Source: Octopus vulgaris (Eukaryota). From it: a stretch of 64,000 nucleotides of DNA. Position numbers and translations under genes: made by a program. The DNA lies in assembly GCA_951406725.2 (NCBI GenBank), contig OX597839.1, positions 14,446,001 through 14,510,000 of the forward strand, in the 5' to 3' direction. Below the pieces are notes generated by a model. It worked only from the letters and a program-made list of their open reading frames with translations. It had not been told where the DNA came from and made no database searches. Of this stretch, positions 52,606 to 64,000 are shown piece after piece (position 1 is the first letter of the stretch; each line of letters opens with the position of its first letter).

Positions 52606-52820
52606 TATTGAATTTGGCATCACGGACAATGCCAAATTCAATATTTAAGGACTACATATCTTATATTGAATTAGCAAAACAATTATGGGAACAGAACGAA
52701 GGAATAAACCCCGCTTTCCTGGGAATTACTGGGTACGTCAGCTAGTATGTACATATATACATTGTGTCCAGATCTCCAACCTGTAACCCTCGCCCATCAA
52801 TGACTGTAGTGAGTTCCTAC

Positions 52821-52904
52821 CTGAGAGCTGTAATGGTATGAGGCACACTATCATTGACTGTAACGTTAGACATGATTTCAGCTGGACCACCGCCTAATTC
52901 ATAG
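52821..52904 (-). CDS. HSPG2: Perlecan/HSPG2-like exon (laminin-G)
   Basis: ttttcag| ... AG|gtagga, phase 2-2. SYELGGGPAEIMSNVTVNDSVPHTITALR. Confidence 0.82.
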
Positions 52905-52969
52905 CTGAAAAGAGAGAAAGTAAGGTATTTTTAAATAACAACAACAACAATAATAATTAGTAATAATAA

Positions 52970-53530
52970 CAAATGCCCTGATGCAGTACCAGGCAGTGGC
53001 TCTCATGGCTTCTGATCGTAACTGATTGGAAGTGTTATCATTTACATGTTTTATTTTGGTGTAAAAAGATGGGCTACAGCAAATATTCTGCTCAATACCA
53101 CAGATTTGCTTGTCAGTTGTTGGACCATGACCAGTTGAGCATGTCCCTTAGTGGCTGACAATATGTGCATCTCTGATCATGAGCAGAAGTAGTGGGGGAG
53201 CATCATAGCCATGTGTTGAGAGAGATTCTTTGGGGCTTGAATAATTCACCTCTGGAAACATGGGTGTTTTGTTCATCATCCTTAAACAACCCTTATTCAG
53301 GGACCTTTTGAGTGGGATGGGTTACTCGACCAGAAGAAAATTCTAACTGGGCCCCACCTGCAAGGTCATGCACTGTTTATCTTGATATGAGACCACCATA
53401 TTGTGCACATATGGTTGTGATGCATGTGCCTGGTGTACCCTTATCAGACGGGTAGTCATGATGGGTATACTGGGCTTCGTATATTTTACCCCAGTGTCAC
53501 TTTGATGGCATCCACCGCTCTCTCACTCAA
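52970..53530. mobile_element. ~560-bp interspersed repeat flanked by (AAT/AAC)n
   Basis: Near-identical family copies at ~54020-54545 and ~18095-18515. Confidence 0.75.
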
Positions 53531-55461
53531 TAATAATAATAGTAATGTGTTTTAAGTGTTTTCTCTGATTAGTTGAATTAAATTTTTTTTTTTCACATAA
53601 CTTCATTTTATTTTGAAAAACCTAGTGTGTTTAGTATCATACCTATCAATGGTGACAGGGAGTTTCTTTGCCCAAAGAGTTGGGAAGATACTTGGCAAGA
53701 AATGGAGACAAAACTGAATGAAGAAAAATGCATAATAATAACAATTGTCCTTTGTACTATAGGCACAAGACCTGAAATTTGTGGGAAGGGGGCTATTTGA
53801 TTAGATCGTTCCTAGTACAAATTTCTTAATTTATCGACCCTGAAAGGATGAAAGGAAAAGTTGACCTTGGTGGAATTTGAACTCAGAACATAGTGATGAG
53901 GGGAAATCCTGATAAGCATTTCATCCAGCATGCTAACGATTCTGCCAGCTCACTGCCTTAATACTACTACTATTACTACTACTAATAATAATAATAATAA
54001 CAACAACAACAACAACAATAATGCCATGATGCAGTATCAAGCACTGGCTCACATGCCTTCTGATCTTATCTGATTGGAAGTGTTATCATGTACATGTTTT
54101 ATTTCGGTGTAAAAAGATGGGTTACAGCAAATATTCTGCTCAATACTACAGATTTGCTTGTCAATTGTTTGACCGTAACAAGTTGAGCATGTCCCTTAGT
54201 GGCTGACCATATGTGCAGCTCTAATCATGAGCAGTGTGGGGACATCATAGCCATGTGTTGAGAGGGATTCTTTGGGGTTTGAATAATTCACCTCAGGAAA
54301 GATGTTTCATTCAACATCCTTAAACAACCATTGTTCAGGGACCTTTTTGAGCATGACGAGCTACTCAAAATTCTAACTGCGGCCCCACCTGCAAGGTCAT
54401 GTGTTGTTTATCTTGATATGAGATTAAGTCATGCACATATCATTGTGGTTCATGTGTCTGGTGTGCCCTCATCAGATGGGTATATTGGGCTTTGTATATT
54501 TGTACCCCAGAAGCACTTTGATGGCATGTATTGCACTTTCACTCAATAATAATAGTAATAATAAAAAAAATAAAATAAATGCACCCTTTTTAAAGCCTAG
54601 CCAGGCTCATGCGCCTGGTTTCCTGGTTTATGGTGTATGTGTTCCCCAGCTGGACGGGACACCAGTCCATCACAGCGTTACTCATTTTTGTCAGCTGAGT
54701 GGACTGGAGCAATGTGAAATGAAGTGTTTTGCCCAAGAACACAATGCGTTGCCTGGTCCAAGAATAGAAACCACAATCCTATGATCATGGTGCTGACACC
54801 CTAACCACTAAGCCATGCGCCTCCACAATAGTAATAATAATGGTTTCAAATTTTGGCACAAGGCCAACAGTTTCAGGGAAGAGGCTAAGTTGATTACATT
54901 GACCCTGCTGTTATTTATTTTATCAACCCTGAAAGGATGAAAGGCAAAATTTATGTCAGCAGAATTTAAACTCAAAAGGTGCAGACGGACGAAATGCTGC
55001 TAAACATTTTACCCTGCATGCTAACAATATTTTAAACTTAGACCCTAGATAACTTAGAAAGCCATTATTGGCTCAGGCAAGTTAACCAAATTAGCCTCAG
55101 TATTTGTCTGGTTTTTATCGTATTAGCCTGTGTCTGTATATTCCTAGGATAAAAACAAACTGCATTACATCTCTGTTGATTCACTTTCTCATCAAATGTG
55201 TTATAAATCTCTGTTTAACTTTTACAACCTAAAAAAAATATTTACTATTTCTGTGTTAGAGGATTTCAGTAACTAGAAAGAGGTATTGAAATTCATTCTC
55301 TCAATCAAATCCTCATTGCTCTTGTAGCAATTGACAACAATGCTGTTTAGTCAGTCATCAGAAATGACATCCTCCTCTGTTACCTGATCTACTATGCAGG
55401 TGATTAGGCCATATCCTACTCTTTGAGATATTTTTAGATATACATACATACAAGTACAGGA

Positions 55462-55495
<34 letters not shown>

Positions 55496-55542
55496 ACAAT
55501 TATTACAAAAATACACATGTACATTGTTACAGCTGTACTGAC

Positions 55543-55768
55543 CTGAAGACAACATAACCATCCTTCAAATAAAGTGAGACATAGTCATTTCTTTGAAGAT
55601 TTTTACCATGTTCTACTGCCTGCCAGAATAGTAATCCTTTAGATTCTGCCGTGGTAACTGTGAAAGTGATGTTTTCATTCTGTCTGGCGTTCTGATGGGG
55701 GAGACTTTTTTGACTGAACATTGCAAAGCCATTACCACTAAGTTCAAACTCAGAACCGATTTGAATTG
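55543..55768 (-). CDS. HSPG2: Perlecan/HSPG2-like exon (start of last laminin-G domain)
   Basis: ttttcag| ... AG|gtcagt, phase 1-2. TVTTAESKGLLFWQAVEHG...DYVSLYLKDGYVVF resembles perlecan TSTASGLLLWQGVEVG...DFISLGLQDGHLVF. Pikachurin/agrin-type identity is not excluded. Confidence 0.82.
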
Positions 55769-56934
55769 CTGAAAAGAAACAGAATATGAAATAACAGTGA
55801 AGGTAAGCTGAATAGGTTGGAGGTCATTTATGCTTTGTTTGTAACTCTAACCCTAAGTGAGAAGACCAATGACGAAAGTATTCCAGTGATTGGTTGTACA
55901 AGCTACATCATTGATATTGAATGGTACTTATTTTATCGATCCCAAATTATGAAAAGCAAAGTTGACCTCAGTGGAATTTGAACTCAGAAAGTGAAGACAG
56001 ACATGTAAGCATAGAAAGTGGATGTAAGAGGATGATGATGTATGTAGGTATTTATATATGTATATTATTCACACACACTCACACACATATATACACACAC
56101 ACACACACACACAGACATGTATGTATACACATATACACACACACACACAGACATGTATGTATACACATATACATACACAGACATGTATGTATACACATAT
56201 ATGTACACATGTATATATGTATAGACATATATATATACACACAAATGTGTATATCAGTGCAGACATTATATATATTCATATATATATATATATATACATA
56301 CATACAATTAGGTTATGGGCATGAAACGTACGTAGTGGTTTTACTTTTTATCTTATATTAACTTTTTAATACTTTTTGATAGTTATATATATATATATTA
56401 AATAAATAAATAAAATAAAATAAAAATATATATATATATAAAAAAATATAAAAATTTATAAATGTTTCTTTTCAGATATCATCAGAAAAAGGTAATTAAA
56501 ATTCATTAAAATGACAGATCTGTTGGACTTTCCAAGAGGTCAAATTTTTGGTGCTTGTATTGTCTCAATGGTCCTGTGGGTAAAGACATACAGACATATC
56601 AACACATATACACCTTGGACAAAGGATCAGTAGTGAGTGCGCGATTTGAATATAGAGGCACCTACCTTCTCTTCTTAGTGACGGAGACCCTCCAGTAATG
56701 ACTAGTCCTTCCTCATAGCCCCGACCCGAACACTAACGATAGCAGCTGCTAGCCCAAACCCATAGCGACGTCCTCACACGTCTTGTCACCTGCACGACCC
56801 ACGTTGGAAAGGGCGCAATTTCCGCTCTCTGCGCATGCCTGACAGCTGACCCCTTTCCCTTGCCCCAGCTTCCGGTCAACGCACCCGGCTGCTGACGTCC
56901 AGCTGCTGACATCATCCCACACGCCACCCTGATC

Positions 56935-59748
56935 TTAAAGATCACAATCTCTCCGCTCCATGTTGTAGTCCACCATCCAACCGGGAGAACGCCTTGCTCG
57001 TCGAGATCTTCTCAAGCTGGGCTCCTTGTTCTTCCCCTCTCCAGAATCATCGTCCGTCGAAGCAACAATCCTGCGAAGGTCCAAGATGTGTCGTGGTGTT
57101 CCATCTACGGATACGTTGCTTCTGGAATTGATCGCCGTCACCGTTCCTCTGCTCCATTGAGACGTACAGCGCGCCTTTGGTGCCTTGACCCAGACTTCCT
57201 CCCCTATTTTCACGCGAACGGGTCCCTTCTCTTCCTTGTGACCCTCCGGCGCTTTGCTCGGGTGCCTCCATTCATATTTGAACACAGCTCTCTGCGGCAC
57301 AGATTCCTCAGTTTGTCCGGATCGGGGAGACAAGTTGTACCAAAATACTGCTTCAAGCGGCGAAATGTGCCCTCTTTCCGCTATGGCCTTGACTGTCCGA
57401 TGGTGCCTCTCCACGATCCCGTTACCGCTCGGCCTATACGCTGCTTTGAACAAGCGTCGCACATTCCACCGATCAAGCATAACCCTCAATGCTTCCGAAC
57501 AAAACGCCGCCCCGTTGTCCATCAGTAGTTCTTCCATGGGACCTCTCTCTAAAAATATCCCGTTCAGGATCTGCACGATCTCGTCAGCAATGCCCGATCT
57601 CAACTCCCTCCAAATGGCCAGCCGGCCTGGCCCACAGTCGACCATGGAGAGGTACATTCGCTGACGGTAGTGTGTCACATCCACAGCTAGCCTTTTCCAG
57701 TTCTGCTCTACGGAAAGGCTTCCCTGTTCATGCCCACACGGAGCAGGGTCGATGGACTGACACCTGTCGCAGCTCCCGACCACCTTCTGGACGCTTCTCC
57801 TAGTGACGTCAGCATCAATTTTTTTTGCCAGATACAGGGTCCTGTCCACACCCAGGTGATGCATAGCATGCAGTTTCTTCAGTTCAGAGTCATCCAACCA
57901 ACACGCCGCAGCTATCCCTTTCCGGGCCTCCTCCGGTTCTTCCAACCACGCTCTTTTCACCCTGGTCAGTACGTCCGCCCTGTTTTTCTCCGAAGGCACG
58001 AAAACCACGTTCAGCTTCAGTCCGAATTCGGCGACCAATTCACCTAGAACTCCTAGACGGCACTTCACTAACATCTCCGCAGCACCTTTCGTCCGCACTC
58101 TCCTGTCACCGGTGATCACCGATCCTACCAAGCCCAAGTTCCACCCTTTCAGCAGCGCGTCTAATTTGGTGACATTGATGTGGTTGAAATCATCTGCTTT
58201 CTGAAGCCAGGCCGCGTCCTCCACCGCAGTGCCTTCGATTGCCAACACCACCCCTATCGCTATACTGCTAGCATCACACCAGACGGTCCCGCATTTCATC
58301 TTGGGCACGTACCAGTTCCCCCTGACTGGGTCTTCCGCTCTTGTCCTCTCTAGGATCTCCTGCATCATCGCCACCGTCCCTTCTCCCACCTTGTCGCCCC
58401 ACCTCTCTCCTTCTGCTCGTCTCTTGGTGTAACTACACGCCGTGCGCAGCCATCCAGCGATCGGGTAGTGACCGACCAACTTCCCACACACCGAGAACAG
58501 CTCTCTCCTGCTGACGCTGGAACTCAGCTCTGGGATTTCATTTCCTCTCCGGAACACCAATTCACCTGATTCATCTCTTCGCAGCTTCAGCCCCAGCGCG
58601 GCTCCCCCTTCAATCGACTCCGGTGGCTTAGCAATCAGTCCGAACTTCTCCAGATGTCTAACTACCTCGTTGGCTGGCACTACAGTTTCGTCCACCAAAA
58701 TGTCGTCAATGTAGGAGCTGGTGGCCTTTCTAATCTTGCCATCTTTCCCTAGGACCGATCTAAGCACTGCTGCCATGATCTTCGGAGCGGAATTCAGCCC
58801 GAAACCCAGCCTGGTTAGACAGTACGTCCGGCCCTTGTACCGCACCAGCTGATATCGCCACAGTTTGTCGCTCACATGGAGCTGCAAGTATGCCGATCTC
58901 AAGTCGACAATCGTCACTGCCTCAGTCGACTGTCTCCACTTACGTAATGCCTCACCACAAACGTCTGTCGCCTCACCTCCCGTGTGACACGATATGTGCT
59001 GGTTTAGCTCCCTGAAGTCCAGCACCGGTCTGACTTTTCCCTTCGTAGGCTGCACCACCGCCATCAGGGGTAGCACTCCGCCCGCTACCTCCTCCTTCCA
59101 AGGGACAAGGACCCCTTCCTCGATCCACCTCTCCACCTCGTCTTCAAACTCGACCCTGGCGTGGCCTTTCAGGGTATGCTGGTAACAGCTCACCCTGTTC
59201 TCCAGCGTCGGGGGCTTGTCCTTCCATCGCCACTCTATCGTCCACCGCTGACCATCGAACGCCGCCTGAAAGTCTTTGTCCTCGATGGTGTAAGCGGCGC
59301 AGTCCCTCGCGGAGCTCTGCTCTCTCTGGCGATCCTGACTCGCAGTGCACGACGCCCCCACGCTTCCGAACGTGATCTCATTTCCCACAACACTGACGCC
59401 ACCGAGGCAGTTGATGGCGTACATCCCCATCACCACATCAACTCCATCTATCACGCGTTCGGCCACAATTGCCTGCAGCCTTAGCGTCGCGCCGCGCACC
59501 ACTATCTCTACCTTGCTGCTGCCTCTGCAATGGATTTCGCTGCCGTCGACCGCCCGGACACTACTCACCCCGTTCCATTCCTTCGTCACCCTCGAAGTCA
59601 CCAGGGTGGTCGTACAGCCCGTATCCACAAGGGCCTTGAACGTCTCCCCCTCAGCCTCCATGTCAATCAATGGCAGCGTCTCCAATAGCGCCTCTACTCG
59701 TTTGAGGGGATAGTTCGAGAGGCAGCAACTTCCCCGCGGTCGTTTCCC
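56935..59748 (-). CDS. pol: Pol of element B (PR-RT-RH-IN), open frame but ~19-aa deletion in RNase H
   Basis: 940-aa ORF with ALVDTGC, YIDDIL, WCDASS and integrase DDE. Lacks the ALKWG...RTDSATVL segment present in A. Confidence 0.88.
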   Translation of the reverse strand, partial: GKRPRGSCCLSNYPLKRVEALLETLPLIDMEAEGETFKALVDTGCTTTLVTSRVTKEWNGVSSVRAVDGSEIHCRGSSKVEIVVRGATLRLQAIVAERVIDGVDVVMGMYAINCLGGVSVVGNEITFGSVGASCTASQDRQREQSSARDCAAYTIEDKDFQAAFDGQRWTIEWRWKDKPPTLENRVSCYQHTLKGHARVEFEDEVERWIEEGVLVPWKEEVAGGVLPLMAVVQPTKGKVRPVLDFRELNQHISCHTGGEATDVCGEALRKWRQSTEAVTIVDLRSAYLQLHVSDKLWRYQLVRYKGRTYCLTRLGFGLNSAPKIMAAVLRSVLGKDGKIRKATSSYIDDILVDETVVPANEVVRHLEKFGLIAKPPESIEGGAALGLKLRRDESGELVFRRGNEIPELSSSVSRRELFSVCGKLVGHYPIAGWLRTACSYTKRRAEGERWGDKVGEGTVAMMQEILERTRAEDPVRGNWYVPKMKCGTVWCDASSIAIGVVLAIEGTAVEDAAWLQKADDFNHINVTKLDALLKGWNLGLVGSVITGDRRVRTKGAAEMLVKCRLGVLGELVAEFGLKLNVVFVPSEKNRADVLTRVKRAWLEEPEEARKGIAAACWLDDSELKKLHAMHHLGVDRTLYLAKKIDADVTRRSVQKVVGSCDRCQSIDPAPCGHEQGSLSVEQNWKRLAVDVTHYRQRMYLSMVDCGPGRLAIWRELRSGIADEIVQILNGIFLERGPMEELLMDNGAAFCSEALRVMLDRWNVRRLFKAAYRPSGNGIVERHHRTVKAIAERGHISPLEAVFWYNLSPRSGQTEESVPQRAVFKYEWRHPSKAPEGHKEEKGPVRVKIGEEVWVKAPKARCTSQWSRGTVTAINSRSNVSVDGTPRHILDLRRIVASTDDDSGEGKNKEPSLRRSRRARRSPGWMVDYNMERRDCDL

Positions 59749-60459
59749 TGGTCGCAATCACGGGCAATGTGCCCTGTCTGCCTGCATCGATAGCAAACGG
59801 GCCCCGGCTGCGTACAGTCCCGTGCCATGTGCGGTCCCTGGCATCTAAAACACCGTCCTGAGAACGGCCGCTCTCGTTGCACGGTGAGCTTCTGTACCTC
59901 TTTCTCGGGACGTCGTCCGTCTTTACGCGCCTCCATCACCGCCATCGCTATCGCCTTCCGCCCAGAGTGTCTCGTCAACACGCGAGCCTGAGCTACAAGT
60001 TCGCTCAACAGGCATCATTTTAACCCCGGGCAGTCATTGTAGGTGAATCCCTACATCGTCGGGGAACCCATTCACGAACGCCAGTCAGGCTGCTCTCTCC
60101 AGTCCTTCTCCGGCAAACCCGGCCAGAGTCGCTAGCCTTCTAACTTCTGATGCAAAGTCGTCCACTTGGCCTCCCGTCCACCTGATTGCACCTAGCTTAG
60201 CAAAAGCTGTGTACTCGCATTCCGTGTAGGCGTCACGCAAGCGTCGCTCTATATTCTCCTTGCTGAGCCGTTCCTCTTCATCCATCTCTAGGTAGAGCGT
60301 CAACACGCTCCCTTCCAAATACAGCGCCATAAGACTCGCCACGTCGCTTATGCCCTGCAGTCTTGCCACCAGCCTGATTTTGCGAATCCAGGCCACTACA
60401 TCGCCTTCGCCATTAAAAGGTCTGACGACGTCACTGGCGATCCTAATTTTTGCAGACAT
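59694..60459 (-). pseudogene. gag: Gag of element B, disrupted (stop at 60085 and frameshift)
   Basis: Two ORF pieces homologous to gag of A, with knuckles CFRCQGPHMARDC and CYRCRQTGHIARDC. Confidence 0.88.
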
Positions 60460-60839
60460 CGTGTTGAAAAAAATGTAAATGTTTAAGAACAGCCGAATTA
60501 GCTTGTAGTGGGTGCGCGAGTTGAATATAGAGGCACCTACCTTCTCTTCTTAGTGACGGAGACCCTCCAGTGATGACTAGTCCTTCCTCACAGCCCCGAC
60601 CCGAACACTAACGATAGCAGCTGCTAGCCCAAACCTTTAGCGACGTCCTCACACGTCTTGTCACCTGCACGACCCACGTTGGAAAGGGCGCAATTCCCCG
60701 CTCCCTGCGCACGCCTGACGGCTGACCCCTTCCGGTTGCCCCAGCTTCCGGTCAACGCACCCGGCTGCTGATGTCCAGCTGCTGACGTCATCCCACAGGA
60801 TCAGTCTTGGCCCATACTGATTGTTTTTTTTTCTTTTGT

Positions 60840-61476
60840 TTCGATAGGTTTAAATACATCATTTTCACACTAGTAATTGCTGTTGTCTCAATGGTCTTGT
60901 GGGTAAAGTCATGGACACAACACATGAACCTCTTTAACAAAGGTTCAACCTTTGTAAAAGTAGTCAGTGTTTTTTTTTCCCCCATCTCCTTCTCCATTTA
61001 CAGAAAAAATAGGATAAGATCATATCACAGTCCCTACCTGGGACTGAAACCTCTATCTACCCCACTGTCTTGTTTGTCACCAACCACTGGGCCACAAGGC
61101 CAGTAATACTACTTTTACAAAATATGAGATACTTAAATCTATTTTAATGATTGGTTAGTGATTACATTAGTTTGATAGGTTTAAATATATAATTTTCAAA
61201 CTAGTTATTGTTGTTGTCTCAATGGTCTTGTGGGTAAAGACATGGACACAGCAACACATACACCCCTTGGACAAAGGTTCAATCCTTGTAAAAGTATTCA
61301 GTGTTTTTTTTTTTTACCTCCCTTCTCCATTTACAGAAAAAATAAAATCATATCACACTCCCTACCTACCACCCTTATCCACTGGGCCGCAAGGCCAGTA
61401 ACACTACTTATACAAAATATGAGATACTTAAATCTATTTTAATGATTGGTTAGTGATTACATTAGTTTGATAGGTT
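60840..61476 (+). repeat. Tandem duplication of ~300-330-bp units, with a partial third copy at ~56558-56628
   Basis: Repeated blocks gataggtttaaata, gtctcaatggtcttgtgggtaaag and aaaatatgagatacttaaatctattttaatgattggttagtgattacattagtttgatagg. Confidence 0.85.
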
Positions 61477-62378
61477 CTCGTTTATTTATTTAATGAACGT
61501 GTTGTGTATTTATAGTTATTTAACTTATAATTAGTTTATTTTTTCAATTGTAGACATAAATGTATATAAATATATGGATATGTATGTGTTTGTGTATATT
61601 GATGTATAAATGTATGTGTATATATATTAGGTAGGACTGTATATATGTAGCTGTGGCTTTGTGTAAGAATATATCAATATATATGTATACATGTATATTT
61701 ATGTATATGTGTATAGAGGTTTGGTGTGGTACATCAAAGACTTAGTGGGAGTGTGTTGTGTTCAGTAAAGCCACGAAACAAACTTTGTTTTGTAATAAGG
61801 GTAGTAGTATCAATGACCATTTATTGCCCTCTCTCAGCCGAACACAATGAATATATCAAAACTATGTTGTTTTTACACAGACCAGCATTCAGTTAAGTTA
61901 GCAGTCAAATGAGCCATAGTTGGGTTTATGACACCAAAATTTGTCTTTGTGTAATGGGATCTAACAATGGTAAAGCAAAGATCTTGAAGGCATTGTATAT
62001 CTATAGGATATTTAGTGAAACAAACCCTCCCTCTTGGATATTTGCTCAATCAGTGTACGTTCAGAAAATTGAGAGCATCTTTGTTCTACAACATTGTAGA
62101 ATAGTAACAAGTGTGGAAAGACATGAGTAGGGAGAAAATTTGTGAGGGACCATATTCTGGGGCAGGAGAGATTGGGTATTATGATACTACAAAAATATAT
62201 AATTATAAAGAAAATTTACCATCTTTAATGTGTGATGCAGAGCTCATTAAGGATACCTAGAATATATTATCCTGAATACTAAATACATTTTTGATAAAAT
62301 AAAGCGAATGACAGAATTAATCGAATAATTTTTTTTTTTTTGAAAAATAATAAATAACAACAAAAACTTTAGCTTTAC

Positions 62379-62510
62379 CGTTTTCACAATTGAGACCAAT
62401 GAAACCAAGTTGACAGTCACAGCGGTAACCAGCACCGGTAACTGAGCAGAGGCCAGCATTTTGACAGGGGTTATTGGTGCAAATGTCAACCTTTGATTTA
62501 CAACGTTCTC
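62379..62510 (-). CDS. HSPG2: Perlecan/HSPG2-like exon (EGF-like domain before the last laminin-G)
   Basis: ttatag| ... G|gtaaag, phase 1-1. ERCKSKVDICTNNPCQNAGLCSVTGAGYRCDCQLGFIGLNCEN. The gene continues beyond the window. Confidence 0.85.
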
Positions 62511-62783
62511 CTATAAAAAAGAAAGATATGGTTAAAAATATCAGTAAAAAAAATATTTGTTAATTTTACTTTTTATAGTATTTAGTTTGAAGATGAAAAA
62601 GAAGAGAGGAGTGTTCATAACCTTTCTATGCCTGCCACCAGTGAGGATAGAAAGAGTTTAGGAGCATCAGAAGTCATCAATTAGAGAGTACAAACAGTTC
62701 AGAACTAGAGAAAAGTTGGGTTGCCTCTGGCAAAAAGATGAAGTGTTTTTGATGAGGACCTTTGTTTGAGTAGGTAGGTAGGT

Positions 62784-62845
<62 letters not shown>

Positions 62846-64000
62846 GTATCAGTGAAAAGGATGTTTCAAGACAGCTTATATTGGAGAATGGTTAGGTAGG
62901 GAAGACAATCAACAAGAGTCTTAGTAAAGAATAAATATTTAGGAGAAAGGAAAATAGGAGCAAAAGATATTAACATCAACAGAAGACACACACATACATA
63001 ATTCTGTTCAATTATAATATTTGTTCAGGCCTATTCATGTCCACTGCTTAGTGGTTCTCTATGCTTTGCTGATGAAATCTAATAAGACTGAAACATGTCT
63101 GGTGTTATCTTCCATATTCATCAAACTCATTAATATTAGGTTTTTTTCTTTCATCACATATTCATGACCTATGCTCAATAGAGTTAATGTTTAGTGTTAT
63201 CATTGATAAATTAATATCTGCTGGAAAAATGTTGGCTGGCGACAGGGAATTCCAGCAAGCTGATGTTCCAGGGAAATAAATCCCAGTTTGCACACAACCT
63301 GGTAGTGAGACACAGTTGTTGCTGCTGTTGTTTAGCCCCAGGTCAACTCTGACTGAACCTATGATCATGACACCATTTTATTCCTCGGATAGAGTATACA
63401 ACATATCTAGGGTCACATGATCTGAGAGAGATTTTGCAGCTATTTCTTTTAGTAAGTCAAGTGACCACTTAGAAGCTTCCTTCATCAGCACAATAAGGGG
63501 TGAGAGGGTTGACAAGAGGAAGAGATACAAATGTGGAGGTAATATTTATGCGGATGTTCCATTAGAACAAACTATACTGTGGTAGATACCGTGAGAGAAA
63601 CTCCATTAGTGGCTTTAGGTACAAAATGCAGACTTATTGATATCTGAAGTGGGGAGATGATTCCTCACCATCTTCAGTACTGAGATCATCAGATCATGTG
63701 ATTTCAACCTTCTTTGGTTTTGTTAAGGATGGATGCTTGACTACTAGAGATAGCAGCAACTCATCCCCCCACCAATGATATACATAAAAACAGTGCCAGA
63801 ACAGGCGCTGGTGTTGCAATTAGCCAGTGAGCTTATTAAAAATATATATATTAGCGACAGAGATAGAATTAATACCACAAGGTAAATATTTATCCCCACT
63901 TAAATGTGGATGTTCTGTTAGAACAAAGTAATATTTATTTTTTTAACAGATGTGAAAGCATAAGGCCTGAAGAAGGTGTGGTAAAACAGTGAAGGAGGGA

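Larger units (their letters stand above)
56629..60797 (-). mobile_element. Full-length Ty3/Gypsy LTR retrotransposon B (4169 bp), same family as A, in a perlecan intron
   Basis: LTRs 60504-60797 (5') and 56629-56921 (3'), about 17 differences by eye. TSD GGATC (56624-56628, 60798-60802). PPT-like agatcagggtggcg. Confidence 0.95.

Noticed and set aside
52755-52820. Intronic frame TTVIDGRG resembling a laminin-G continuation
   Set aside because: Out of frame after a TAG. The real continuation is the exon at 50233-50333.
56455-56495. CTGATGA...GAAA on the minus strand
   Set aside because: No stem II or stem I can be formed, so it is not called a hammerhead.

Overview
Eukaryotic, AT-rich, microsatellite- and SINE-dense DNA whose repeat content suggests an octopus (coleoid cephalopod); the species is inferred. 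Host genes, reconstructed by hand from GT-AG junctions and reading phase, are all on the minus strand. They are the last five coding exons (EGF + terminal laminin-G) of a perlecan/HSPG2-like gene (62510 to 48314) and two tandem 3-exon genes for signal-peptide + three-finger (Ly6/uPAR/quiver-like) + GPI-signal proteins (38303 to 28978; 21288 to 14720). One of these has lost the Cys7/Cys8 pair. Two possible exons of an unidentified plus-strand gene lie at the left. Mobile DNA includes two full-length related ~4.2-kb Ty3/Gypsy elements with 5-bp TSDs, three mariners, RTE/CR1/L1-like LINE relics, Helitron pieces, a Penelope-like (probably Naiad) GIY-YIG relic, MITEs and many SINEs. The most notable signals are (i) a shared non-canonical primer-binding site in both Gypsy elements that is complementary to the 5' end of tRNA-Phe rather than a tRNA 3' CCA end, (ii) a covarying -1 frameshift pseudoknot, (iii) palindromes carrying minimal hammerhead ribozyme motifs, and (iv) the divergent three-finger gene pair.
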